Shown one piece after another: positions 29,550 to 39,158 of a stretch of 64,000 bases of DNA. The translations under genes and the position numbers were made by a program. The notes below the pieces were generated by a model. It was not told the DNA's origin. It ran no database searches and was given only the letters and a program-made list of their open reading frames with translations. Position 1 is the first letter of the stretch. Each line of letters opens with the position of its first letter. This DNA is from Chitinophaga pinensis (GTDB lineage: Bacteria; Bacteroidota; Bacteroidia; NS11-12g; UBA955), in contig CAMDUE010000006.1 in assembly GCA_945877575.1 (NCBI GenBank), positions 32,767 through 96,766 on the forward strand, given 5' to 3'.

Positions 29550-31244
29550 ATGTCGCAAAATGTTGTATTACAATCTATTGAGAAAGTATTGAGAAAAATC
29601 AATACAGAAAGACCACCCTTTGAGATTTTATCTAGTAATGAACAATTACAAGAGTGGTTACCAGATATCAAAGAACTTTGCCATCGGTTCAAATTAAAAG
29701 AAATGGAAATGGTGGTCATTTGTATGCTCATATTGGATGATACAGATTCTATGCGCATTTCAGAAGATAAATTATTTACAAAGCTGAGTCACCAAATGAA
29801 AATGCCTAAACACACCATTAGACAAGTAATTAAACAACTGAAGAAGAATGAAATAATTGAACAAAGGGGGCGAATGGAACGCAATTCAGAAATTCAGTTG
29901 AATGAAAAATTTGAGGAAGCAGTTTATTCCGGTGATTGGAAAAAAATAGAAGCCTTAAATCCAGTGGGATTAATGCCCTTTCTCTCTCATTTTCTAAAAA
30001 AACGAGGTCACAACGCTCAGATTATGTCTGAATTTTGGGAGTCTATGGTGAGTCATTCAGTTGATTCGTTTGACATACATTTTGATGGGAATGAAGATTT
30101 GGCCTGTGTGAAATTTATTAGAAAGCACTTTGAGCCCAACAATGGACCTGCTTTTCAAGTGGGTCTATTTTTAACCGTTCTAGCAAATAAGGTATTCCGT
30201 TCAAGGGATACCCATGTAAATCGAGCTATTATGGAGCTAGACATTCCCAGTTTTGAAGCTGATGAATTTATCTATAGATTTATTAAAACGGGTGATTGGG
30301 CACCTATTCGGATGGGCTATTTTGAAATTGCTGGTGGTGGTCAACTTGATGAAGATATTGATTTGACATTAACACCAAATGGAATAATAGACCTTTTACC
30401 TGAATTGGAAGATAGTGCAAAAGAGTTTTTATCCAATAAGCCTAAGTTAAATATCCCGTTGTTGTTACCCGAAAATATAAAATCCATTGAATTGCTCTTT
30501 GATGAACAAATGCTTGAAACCTTGAGTCCTTTGAAACAAGCATTGAGTCCTGAAGTACTTCCTCGAATTAAAGAGCTTTCTAAGGCAAGAAGTGTTGGAG
30601 TTTGTGCTTTATTGTATGGACATCCAGGTACAGGTAAAACGGAATGGTGTTATCAGTTGGCAAAGGAATATGATTTACCCATTTATGAAATTAATGTTTC
30701 TGACATCCAAGACAAATGGGTAGGTAACAGTGAGAAAAATGCACGGAGAGTTTTTAATGAGTATAAACGAATCTGTAAATATTATAAAAAAGATGTAATT
30801 CTTTTATTTAATGAAGCAGATGCGCTTTTTGGCAAACGTCTTGAAGCACATCAGAGTGTAGATCAAATGAATAACGCATTAAAAAATATTTTTCTTGAAG
30901 AAATGGAAAAAATGGATGGAATTTTATTGGCCACAACCAATCTCTCGCAGTCTCTAGATCCAGCATTTGAAAGGAGATTTTTGTTTAAGTTTAAATTTTC
31001 AAAACCAAATAACAGCACTCAATGTAGGTTGTGGTTGAAATACTTTGATGAAATTAATGAAGAACAAGCCAATCAATTATCGAAACACTTTGATTTAAGT
31101 CCTGCACAAATATCTAACGTACAACGCCGGCTCGAAATAGAACGAATTCTTTATCCCAATATAGAATTGATAGCTACAATTGAGAGACTTGCAAATACTG
31201 AAAAATTGGAAGATCCAAACGACAAAAAAGTTATGGGATTTTAA
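29550..31244 (+). CDS. Classic-clade AAA+ ATPase with an uncharacterised ~330-aa N-terminal region
   Basis: The C-terminal module has Walker A GHPGTGKT, Walker B ILLFNEADALF, sensor-1 LATTN and the second region of homology DPAFERRF. The N-terminal region has no recognisable motif apart from a possible wHTH (MPKHTIRQVIKQLKKNEIIE). Confidence 0.8.
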   Translation: MSQNVVLQSIEKVLRKINTERPPFEILSSNEQLQEWLPDIKELCHRFKLKEMEMVVICMLILDDTDSMRISEDKLFTKLSHQMKMPKHTIRQVIKQLKKNEIIEQRGRMERNSEIQLNEKFEEAVYSGDWKKIEALNPVGLMPFLSHFLKKRGHNAQIMSEFWESMVSHSVDSFDIHFDGNEDLACVKFIRKHFEPNNGPAFQVGLFLTVLANKVFRSRDTHVNRAIMELDIPSFEADEFIYRFIKTGDWAPIRMGYFEIAGGGQLDEDIDLTLTPNGIIDLLPELEDSAKEFLSNKPKLNIPLLLPENIKSIELLFDEQMLETLSPLKQALSPEVLPRIKELSKARSVGVCALLYGHPGTGKTEWCYQLAKEYDLPIYEINVSDIQDKWVGNSEKNARRVFNEYKRICKYYKKDVILLFNEADALFGKRLEAHQSVDQMNNALKNIFLEEMEKMDGILLATTNLSQSLDPAFERRFLFKFKFSKPNNSTQCRLWLKYFDEINEEQANQLSKHFDLSPAQISNVQRRLEIERILYPNIELIATIERLANTEKLEDPNDKKVMGF

Positions 31245-31259
31245 CTTTACCTTTGTCTA

Positions 31260-32429
31260 ATGCTGCTTTGGGTCGCTGGCTGGTTCCCTAATTCTGAGAA
31301 TCCGTACAACGGCATTTTTATACATAGACATGCTCAGGCTGTGGCAAACTCAAATGCCAACCTTACCGTGTTAACATTTGCCACCTATTTTTTTGGAGAG
31401 AATAGGCCAACTAGATTACAAGAATTAACCAAATATCAATTGGTGTTTGTTGCTGTTCCGCAGTTCAAAGGCAAAGCATTTAGAATTGTGAATTTCATGA
31501 TTTACTATTGGTTAACCTTGGGTAAGTTTTTGCAAGTAATACTGGAGTGTCAGCCCCAAATAGTGCATGTTCATGCCGCCGATAAAATTGGAGTTGTAGC
31601 AGCTTTTTGGAAGCCCTTTTTTAATTATAAGTTATGGCTAACAGAACATTGGGCTATCTTCAATGATTGGGTTACTGATCGGTTTGATAAGCGGAATGGG
31701 TGGTTTCAGAAATCATATAGGTATTTGTGGAATAAAACTGATTATTGTGCGAGCATCAACCTCAATCTTCATCAATCTATGGAGCAAACATTGGGGTCAA
31801 ATAAGAAGCATATTTTATTTCCGAATGCGTTAGATGCTGTATTTGAAAATGCACAAATTCTTCAGGAATCGGGTCGCAATCATTTTTTGCATGTATCCAA
31901 TTTTGAGCCTAGAAAGAATACCAATCTTATTATTGAAGCTTTTAAAGAGGTACAGAATCAAATTCCCCAAGTTCGTTTGACATTAGTGGGTATATCACAA
32001 GAGAAAAAAGATCAACTATTTGAAGAATATCCCAATTTAAAAGAGCTGAATATTGATGTTTTTGAAGCCGTTCCAGCAGAAGAATTGATTGAATTCTATC
32101 AGCAATCAAGTGCATTTATATTGGCCAGCGATTCTGAAAATGCTCCTTGCGTCATATCCGAAGCTTTGGCAATGGGTGTACCCGTGATTGCATCGAATGT
32201 GGGTGGAATTCCGGAAATGTTGAATGCTGAAAATGGCATTTTGATGGAGGATTGGAATCCCCAAGAGAATAATTCTGCAAAAACACTTAAAATAACCGCC
32301 GCAATGTTGGATTTTTGCAAAAAATGCGAAAACTTTGATCGATTGCAGATACAACAAAATGCAAAACTTAAATACTCGAGTGAAAGTATTGCTCAGCAAT
32401 TGATACACCAATACACATGTGCGGAATAG
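31260..32429 (+). CDS. GT4-family glycosyltransferase
   Basis: The C-terminal E-x7-E region is ENAPCVISEALAMGVPVIASNVGGIPE. Confidence 0.85.
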   Translation: MLLWVAGWFPNSENPYNGIFIHRHAQAVANSNANLTVLTFATYFFGENRPTRLQELTKYQLVFVAVPQFKGKAFRIVNFMIYYWLTLGKFLQVILECQPQIVHVHAADKIGVVAAFWKPFFNYKLWLTEHWAIFNDWVTDRFDKRNGWFQKSYRYLWNKTDYCASINLNLHQSMEQTLGSNKKHILFPNALDAVFENAQILQESGRNHFLHVSNFEPRKNTNLIIEAFKEVQNQIPQVRLTLVGISQEKKDQLFEEYPNLKELNIDVFEAVPAEELIEFYQQSSAFILASDSENAPCVISEALAMGVPVIASNVGGIPEMLNAENGILMEDWNPQENNSAKTLKITAAMLDFCKKCENFDRLQIQQNAKLKYSSESIAQQLIHQYTCAE

Positions 32430-34339
32430 CGGGCATATCAACATCGGTCGTGAAAGACCCCACCTATTGGAAACAATGGGCTACCCGTTTTTCGGATGAA
32501 TTGAAGCACCGTGGTAAGGATGATGCCGGGCTGCTTCTCATGCTTCGGAATTCAGATCCTAAACCCGTTTTTTGGGGTAGGGAAGTTTATTCAGACACGC
32601 TTCAATACATCCCCGAGAAACCCGCAACGGAATTATTGACCGAACAAGTAAACGGTTTTATTCTCCATCAGAGACTTTCAATTATCGCTCCTGGCGATAG
32701 AGGACATCAGCCCATGTGCGATGCTACGGGTAGATATTGGATCTCTTTTAACGGCGAAATCTTTAATTATATAGAACTCAGAAAACAGTATAAAATCAAT
32801 ACCATCACCGATACTGATACTGAAGTGCTTCTAGAACTTTGGGCAAAAATGGAAGATAAATGCCTGCAGCTTTTGGATGGATTTTTTGCTTTTTGTATTT
32901 ATGATTCTTTAGAAAATACTTACACGCTGGTGCGAGATAAAACGGGTGTTAAGCCATTATTTTATCTGAATACAAAACAAACTTTTGCATTCTCAAGCGA
33001 AGAACAAACCCTCCGAGAAATCAACGATTCCAAAGAAATCAATCCTACGGCAATCTATCTTCATCTAAAGTACTCTATGACCGATGCCGTTGACTGGTAT
33101 CCTGAGGTGAAAACATTGAAACCAGGTTGTTGGATCAGATGGATTCCCAATCTAAGAAGCATCATTGACAGGCAGTGGTATTATCCGTCTACTTATCAAA
33201 GATTGAATGAGGTAAGAGACTTGCGCGAACTGTTGTTTGAGAGCATGCGCAAGCGTTTGAGGAGCGATGTTCCCATGGGTTTTGCCGTTAGCGGTGGTAT
33301 TGACAGTAGCATTATTTTAGGAATTGGCAGATGGCAATTGGGTATGGATGCCCCGTTGCATTTGTTTTCGGTGGGGTCAAACGGCATGCAAGGCGACGAA
33401 ACCGATTGGCAAAAGAAGGTGCAAAAAAAACACGGTGGACAAATGCACCAGATACGAGTAGAAGACCTTGGTACACCAGATCTTGAACAATTGGTGCAGC
33501 TGACCAAGCGTCCGCCTGTTGCTTGGAATAACATTGGTCATTTTGCTCTCTGCAGGAAAGTCAGGGAAGTAGGAGTAACCGTTTTATTCAATGGGCAAGG
33601 AGCGGATGAGATATTTGGTGGTTATCCAGATTATTTCATCCAATCAATTATAGACGGAGATCAAGTAATAAAAGATTTTAAAGATCATTGGCCAATCAAT
33701 CATTCCAATGCCTCAAAGATTGCATTGAAACGCAAATGGCGCGGGAAAATGTCCCAAAAATTCAAACACAAAGTCGACCAATATCTTTGGGGAAATTGGT
33801 TTAATAAAGAGTTGATACTCAGCAATGATTTGGAATTACACCCGGTGGTGGAAGATGTTAGAGAGCGAATGCTGGGTGATTATTACGGTACTTTACAAGA
33901 TCCTAAATTTTACGGTAGACTATATCAAATGTTGGCTTGGGAAGACAGAAACGGTATGGCTTTTCAGCTTGAAAGTCGAAATCCGTTTGCTGATGATCTT
34001 TTGCTGCCAAAATATTTCTTGGGCAAATATTCTTTGAATGCTTTATCAGAAGGCGGCATGCCTAAAGGGATGCTCAGAAACACGTTCAAAGATTTGTTGC
34101 CCAATGATTTATTTGCCCGTTTAGACAAGAAAGGATTCTCTATGCCAGAGGCTCAATTAACACAAAAGTTTGGCGCTGACTGGAAAGATTGGTTTTTATC
34201 CTCCAAACTCGACAATTATATCAATCGTCAAAATCGCGAGAAAATGGCGGCTAAATTTGCGCAACTTTCACCAAAGGAATTGTCCTTGTACTTTAAAATT
34301 TCATCCCTAGGATTGTTTCTCGAGAATCAAAGTTCATGA
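32417..34339 (+). CDS. Asparagine synthase (glutamine-hydrolysing) family amidotransferase
   Basis: N-terminal nucleophile MCGIAG. PP-loop FAVSGGIDSS. Confidence 0.85.
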   Translation: MCGIAGISTSVVKDPTYWKQWATRFSDELKHRGKDDAGLLLMLRNSDPKPVFWGREVYSDTLQYIPEKPATELLTEQVNGFILHQRLSIIAPGDRGHQPMCDATGRYWISFNGEIFNYIELRKQYKINTITDTDTEVLLELWAKMEDKCLQLLDGFFAFCIYDSLENTYTLVRDKTGVKPLFYLNTKQTFAFSSEEQTLREINDSKEINPTAIYLHLKYSMTDAVDWYPEVKTLKPGCWIRWIPNLRSIIDRQWYYPSTYQRLNEVRDLRELLFESMRKRLRSDVPMGFAVSGGIDSSIILGIGRWQLGMDAPLHLFSVGSNGMQGDETDWQKKVQKKHGGQMHQIRVEDLGTPDLEQLVQLTKRPPVAWNNIGHFALCRKVREVGVTVLFNGQGADEIFGGYPDYFIQSIIDGDQVIKDFKDHWPINHSNASKIALKRKWRGKMSQKFKHKVDQYLWGNWFNKELILSNDLELHPVVEDVRERMLGDYYGTLQDPKFYGRLYQMLAWEDRNGMAFQLESRNPFADDLLLPKYFLGKYSLNALSEGGMPKGMLRNTFKDLLPNDLFARLDKKGFSMPEAQLTQKFGADWKDWFLSSKLDNYINRQNREKMAAKFAQLSPKELSLYFKISSLGLFLENQSS

Positions 34340-35667
34340 GTCAAGATAGTCCCATAAAAGCATATTTTTGGCAGCTATCAAAGGCAGTAGTTTCTTTTAT
34401 TACCGTTGTATTGATCTCTAATACTCTAGGAGCTGATGGCCGGGGGCAATTGAGTTTGTATTTATTATACCTTCAAGTGGTATTGATGATCAATGAGATT
34501 TTTGCCGGGTCGGCTATGTCTAATTGGTTTGCTCAATACGGCTTCCAACAATTGATTGCTAGACTGTCAAAGATTTCTTTGTTGATTTTAACAATAGCCG
34601 CGGTATTGGCTGAATATTTTGTTCCTGCTAAAACCACAATTTGGATTACTTTATGGCTCCTAGGCCTTGGTTTAACTTGGCAAAATATGGTCATCAATTA
34701 TTTTCAAGCTCATCAATTCATTGGTCTTAGAAATAGATGGCAATTTTCATTCGAGTTGATGAAATTTCTATTTAACATTTTAATTTTTGCTATCGCTTAT
34801 TTGATAGTTAATGGTTTAATCCACTTTGAATTTTTGCTTACTTTTGATATCGTTCAATGGTTTTTGATTTTATCTGCTGCTGCTGCATGGATTTGGGGAT
34901 ATCAAGCATTTTTTAAACTTCGAAGGTTGGGCGCATGGAATCAAAGCCAAGAGATCCAAGCAGAAAAACTTAGTTTAAGGGAACATTCTTCTCAAGGTTT
35001 TTTCGCTCAAATGGGTCATCTGGTCTTGTTTTTCATTTATAAAACACCATTGTTGATTCTATCTCACGGAACTTTTAAAAGTTTATCGGAAGTTGGGGTA
35101 TTAACCAATGTGCTTTTGATTGCAGATACAGTATGGATTTTCGGGAATTCATTTGGTATGGTGTTACACAGCAAGGCACTGAACAATCCGAACCCTCAGA
35201 GGCAAAATAAATGGGCCGTTCTATATTCTACAATAAGTTTTTGGGTGACATTGTTGCTGGTTTTATTGATTTTTGTTGTCCCTGGGGATATTTACACTTG
35301 GGTGTTTGGTCGAGATTTTTCAACCATGAAGGAACGGCTGGTGTTAATCACACCAGGAATATTAGCCTTGGCAGTTTCGGCTCCCTTGGGACATCTCTTA
35401 CATGCTAGGAATAGATTTTTAACCTTGTTGGCCAATCATTCAATTGCATGGGCAACTATGTTGATGGTCAGCGTTTTGTTTTTCTATGATCAAATGGAAT
35501 GCGTTTCTTTGAGACCTTTTTGGCTGTTAATAGGTTTAGATATTGCCTTGGTTTTGGTGTTGTTTTTGAATTTGTATTCATTACAATTAACAAAATATTT
35601 TCTAGATAGGTTTCAGGTTAACAGCTTGATAACATTGCGCTTGCTGAAAAAATTGACTCGCTTGTGA
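34336..35667 (+). CDS. Polysaccharide-biosynthesis membrane protein (Wzx/MOP flippase-like)
   Basis: 443 aa with about 12 predicted TM segments and an N-terminal ISNTLGADGRGQLSL pattern. Start overlaps asnB-like by 4 nt. Confidence 0.55.
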   Translation: MSQDSPIKAYFWQLSKAVVSFITVVLISNTLGADGRGQLSLYLLYLQVVLMINEIFAGSAMSNWFAQYGFQQLIARLSKISLLILTIAAVLAEYFVPAKTTIWITLWLLGLGLTWQNMVINYFQAHQFIGLRNRWQFSFELMKFLFNILIFAIAYLIVNGLIHFEFLLTFDIVQWFLILSAAAAWIWGYQAFFKLRRLGAWNQSQEIQAEKLSLREHSSQGFFAQMGHLVLFFIYKTPLLILSHGTFKSLSEVGVLTNVLLIADTVWIFGNSFGMVLHSKALNNPNPQRQNKWAVLYSTISFWVTLLLVLLIFVVPGDIYTWVFGRDFSTMKERLVLITPGILALAVSAPLGHLLHARNRFLTLLANHSIAWATMLMVSVLFFYDQMECVSLRPFWLLIGLDIALVLVLFLNLYSLQLTKYFLDRFQVNSLITLRLLKKLTRL

Positions 35668-35732
35668 TTGTGTAGGTGCACAATTTTTTAGGCGATTCAG
35701 AAAAAACTTGAACAACCGCATAGGTATTGTTC

Positions 35733-35740
35733 TAAATTTG
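35733..35740 (+). promoter_or_regulatory. Candidate -7 promoter box (TAnnTTTG)
   Basis: TAAATTTG lies 30 nt upstream of the gdh start codon. Confidence 0.3.
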
Positions 35741-35769
35741 TCGGCAATTTCAGATTAAGTACATCTAAT

Positions 35770-37044
35770 ATGTCAACTCCAATGAACGGCGGATCTCCTA
35801 GATACAATCCGCTAGAAAGCATGAATCGTCGCTTTGATGCGGCTGTGGAAGTTTTGGGTTTAGACCACCAATTTGCCAATGTTTTGCGTGTGCCTGATAA
35901 AGTGGTAATGGCGAACATTCCTGTTACCATGGATAATGGTAACATCAAGGTATTTGAAGCTTACAGGGTAGTTCACTCAGATCACTTAGGTCCTTCAAAA
36001 GGTGGAATTCGCTACAGCATGGATGTTAACCTCGACGAAGTTAAAGCCCTAGCTGCTTGGATGACATGGAAGTGTGCTATTGTGAATATTCCTTACGGTG
36101 GAGCAAAAGGTGGAATCAAATGTGATCCACGTTCCATGAGCAAAGGTGAATTAGAGCGTCTTACGCGCGCCTATACTGTGGCCATGAAAGACGTTTTTGG
36201 TCCAGAGCAAGACATTCCTGCTCCAGATATGGGTACAGGCCAACAAGAAATGGCTTGGATTGTTGACGAGTACAGCAAAATCAAAGGTCAAAACGCTTGG
36301 GCAGTGGTTACAGGAAAGCCCATCGTTTTAGGTGGTTCCTTAGGACGTGTGGAAGCCACTGGCCGTGGAGTTATGGTTAGCACACGCAGTGCCTTAGCTA
36401 AAATGGGATTGAAACCTACGGACGCTAATTGCGCAGTACAAGGTTTTGGTAACGTAGGATCTATATCAGCTAAGTTGATTGCTCAAATGGGAGTTAAAAT
36501 TGTTGCAATCTCTGATATTTCAGGCGGATACTTCGATTCAAAAGGAATTGACGTGGATGCTGCAATTGCTTATGTAGCAAATTCAAGCAGCAGATCTTTG
36601 GAAGGTTTCCCTTGCGAGCGTAAAATTTCTAACGGTGAACTCCTTGAATTGGATGTGACTGTTCTGGTGCCTGCTGCAATGGAAGATCAAATCACTCCTG
36701 AGAATGCACACAATATCAAAGCGAAATTAATTGTTGAAGGTGCCAACGGACCAACAACCGCTGAAGCTGATAAAATCTTAGACGATAAAGGCATTTTGGT
36801 AGTTCCAGATATTTTGGCAAATGCCGGTGGTGTAACCGTTTCATATTTTGAGTGGGTTCAAAATAGATTGGGATACTATTGGACAGAAGAGCGCGTCAAT
36901 CGTCGTGCCGATCGCGCCATGAAAATGGCTTTTGACAATATCTATAATGCATCCTCGAAATATGGTGTAAACATGCGTTTAGCTGCATATTGCGTGGCCT
37001 TAGAAAAGGTTTCCGCAGTATTGAAATTAAGAGGGTCTTTCTAG
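35770..37044 (+). CDS. gdh: Glutamate dehydrogenase (Glu/Leu/Phe/Val dehydrogenase family)
   Basis: PSKGGIRY, catalytic-Lys region PYGGAKGGI and the Rossmann motif QGFGNVG. Confidence 0.9.
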   Translation: MSTPMNGGSPRYNPLESMNRRFDAAVEVLGLDHQFANVLRVPDKVVMANIPVTMDNGNIKVFEAYRVVHSDHLGPSKGGIRYSMDVNLDEVKALAAWMTWKCAIVNIPYGGAKGGIKCDPRSMSKGELERLTRAYTVAMKDVFGPEQDIPAPDMGTGQQEMAWIVDEYSKIKGQNAWAVVTGKPIVLGGSLGRVEATGRGVMVSTRSALAKMGLKPTDANCAVQGFGNVGSISAKLIAQMGVKIVAISDISGGYFDSKGIDVDAAIAYVANSSSRSLEGFPCERKISNGELLELDVTVLVPAAMEDQITPENAHNIKAKLIVEGANGPTTAEADKILDDKGILVVPDILANAGGVTVSYFEWVQNRLGYYWTEERVNRRADRAMKMAFDNIYNASSKYGVNMRLAAYCVALEKVSAVLKLRGSF

Positions 37045-37060
37045 TTTATATATTGTTTCA

Positions 37061-37717
37061 ATGATCAGAATTCACAGAGAAGGTTACTCCATCATTTTTT
37101 ATACAATGGCCGCGTTGGTTTTGATCAACGCGCCCTTGAACTATTGGTTTGAAGGTACTTGGTTTACCCAAGTAGTTTTTGGATTGTCTATCTTGTTCTT
37201 TATTGCTATTGTGCAATTCTTCCGTCATCCTAACCGATACACACCTCAAGACGATGATTTAGTCATTGCCCCAGCCGATGGGAAGGTAGTAGTTGTTGAG
37301 GAGGTAGACGAGCCTGAATTCATCAAAGGCAAATGCAAGCAAGTGAGTATTTTCATGTCACCCATTAACGTTCACGTGAATCGTTATCCAGTTTCTGGAA
37401 ATGTGGTCTACGAAAAATACCATCCAGGTAAATACTTGGTAGCATGGCATCCGAAAAGTTCAACTGAAAATGAAAGAACCACTGTGGCTGTTAAAAACGA
37501 ACACGGTATCATATTGTTCAGGCAAATTGCCGGGGCTTTAGCAAAACGAATTGTTTGTTATGCAAAAGAAGGTCACAAGGCAAAAGCAGGTAAAGAATTT
37601 GGATTTATCAAGTTTGGTTCAAGAATTGATATTTATCTTCCTTTGACGGCTGAAATTACGGTGAAACTTGACCAAAAAACTACAGGCGGTGAGACCGTTA
37701 TTGCTAAATTTCCATAG
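37061..37717 (+). CDS. psd: Phosphatidylserine decarboxylase proenzyme (short type)
   Basis: Two N-terminal TM segments. HVNRYP and self-cleavage motif KFGSRIDIY. Confidence 0.85.
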   Translation: MIRIHREGYSIIFYTMAALVLINAPLNYWFEGTWFTQVVFGLSILFFIAIVQFFRHPNRYTPQDDDLVIAPADGKVVVVEEVDEPEFIKGKCKQVSIFMSPINVHVNRYPVSGNVVYEKYHPGKYLVAWHPKSSTENERTTVAVKNEHGIILFRQIAGALAKRIVCYAKEGHKAKAGKEFGFIKFGSRIDIYLPLTAEITVKLDQKTTGGETVIAKFP

Positions 37718-37754
37718 AGTTTTTGTATATTCGTATTAATTAAAATTGTATAAA

Positions 37755-38189
37755 ATGAAAAAAATCTTTGCATTGTTGGCTATCACCGTAGGTTTTGCCA
37801 CAATATCATTCGCTCAGACTGCTGAAGTTAAGGCTGAGTGCAAAAACGCAAATGGCGAAGTTAAGGCTGAGTGCAAAACTGCTAGTGGTGAAGTTAAAAA
37901 AGAATGCACTACAGCGGGTTCAGAAGCTAAGGCTTGTTGCAAAAAAGCTGGAACCACTGCTGACGCTTCTGCAAAGCCAGCTTGTCAAGGGTCAGAAAAA
38001 ACTGCCGCTGTTGAAGGTTCTGCTAAAAAAGAATGTTCAAAAGGTGGTGAAGGTAAAGCTTGTTGCAAAAAAGACGGTGCAAGTGCAACCGCTTCTACTG
38101 AAGGTTCTGCCAAGAAAGAATGCTCTAAAGACGGCGAAGCTAAAGCTTGTTGCAAAAAGGCCGGCGAAGCTGCTAAAACCAAAGAATAA
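37755..38189 (+). CDS. Secreted Cys/Lys/Ala/Glu-rich repeat protein (KACCKK motifs)
   Basis: Signal peptide MKKIFALLAITVGFATISFAQ. The mature part has 12 Cys in repeated EVKAECK and SAKKECSK-G-E-KACCKK-G modules. The mature part has no aromatic residues and no His. Confidence 0.65.
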   Translation: MKKIFALLAITVGFATISFAQTAEVKAECKNANGEVKAECKTASGEVKKECTTAGSEAKACCKKAGTTADASAKPACQGSEKTAAVEGSAKKECSKGGEGKACCKKDGASATASTEGSAKKECSKDGEAKACCKKAGEAAKTKE

Positions 38190-38209
38190 TATTTCAAACC
38201 ATTTTATAG

Positions 38210-38238
38210 AAAAGGTCGGCAATTGTCGACCTTTTTTG
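38210..38238 (+). terminator. Rho-independent terminator
   Basis: AAAGGTCG...CGACCTTT hairpin followed by a T6 run. Confidence 0.75.
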
Positions 38239-38269
38239 TTTTTATACAGAAAAGTTTGCCCTTTATCTG

Positions 38270-39157
38270 TTGTATCTTTGCGGCATGGATTCTAGAGGCT
38301 TCAAAAGAACCGCTCTTTCATTGATGGTTATAATTACAATAACTGTAGTGGCTTTCGGTATTTATCTTTATTTTAACTTTACCTCGCGCTCTAGTTTGCC
38401 CGTAATCGTTCCTGCTAAAGTGGAACAATTTGTGCACTTTCAGACCCGCAAATTCAGAGACGATTTTGCATCGGCCAAACCATCAAGCTATATTGATAGT
38501 ATTTCAAATTTGGTTGGAAGCTGGGCAATTTTTTCACATTGTGATAAACCCGCTGAGCCAGGTATTGCACTATTCTCAGATGTGGTATATTTTAAAACCA
38601 AAGAAGCAAGATTTTTAGCATTTACATTAACTTCTGAAGAGTCATTTAGCGCATTTTGTGATACACTGAAAAAACAAAATCTCATTTCCAATAAAATGGA
38701 TTTGGGAACGTATAACCTCGTTAAAATTGTTGGCTCTCCTGTTTATTTTGCCTTCAAACATAAAGTATTGGTTTTTGCTAAGCCAAACGACTCTACTGTC
38801 ACTGATGAAGCACTCAAGTATGCACTTAAAGACGTTTTTTCAGGGCGATCTGATGGATTTATCACCAGCGCGGGGTTGCAATCGTTGTACGACGCCGATG
38901 CTCAATTTATTGTTTATGATTCACGCGTCTCCGAAAAGATTTCGGGATTTAGATTTCAGCCCAAAGAAATGCCGGCCGAATTGATAGTTTCGCTCAATGA
39001 AAAGTCCGAACCTAAAAAACAGAGAACTTCGGTGAACAGTCCTTTTGTGAAAATTTATAAATCATTGGGACAAGAGTTTCCATCCCCAGAGAATCAAATA
39101 GAAACATTGTTTAAAGGTGTTTTCAATACGCTGAAAAGCGATACAATTTTAAAATAA
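38270..39157 (+). CDS. Hypothetical membrane-anchored protein
   Basis: One N-terminal TM segment ([20 protein letters not shown]). No recognised domain. The true start may be the ATG at 38285. Confidence 0.45.
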   Translation: MYLCGMDSRGFKRTALSLMVIITITVVAFGIYLYFNFTSRSSLPVIVPAKVEQFVHFQTRKFRDDFASAKPSSYIDSISNLVGSWAIFSHCDKPAEPGIALFSDVVYFKTKEARFLAFTLTSEESFSAFCDTLKKQNLISNKMDLGTYNLVKIVGSPVYFAFKHKVLVFAKPNDSTVTDEALKYALKDVFSGRSDGFITSAGLQSLYDADAQFIVYDSRVSEKISGFRFQPKEMPAELIVSLNEKSEPKKQRTSVNSPFVKIYKSLGQEFPSPENQIETLFKGVFNTLKSDTILK

Positions 39158-39158
39158 C

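Noticed and set aside
29266-35667. A genomic island integrated at tRNA-His.
   Set aside because: There is no integrase or recombinase. I could find no direct repeat of the tRNA 3' end downstream. Composition is not obviously different from the flanks. Only the tRNA adjacency is suggestive.
37795-38295. A 166-aa alternative-frame ORF, plus two minus-strand ORFs (37985-38197 and 38037-38222), over the Cys-rich gene.
   Set aside because: These are shadow ORFs created by the repetitive, stop-poor GCN/AAR-rich sequence. Only the frame starting at 37755 has a signal peptide and an ATG with a sensible context.
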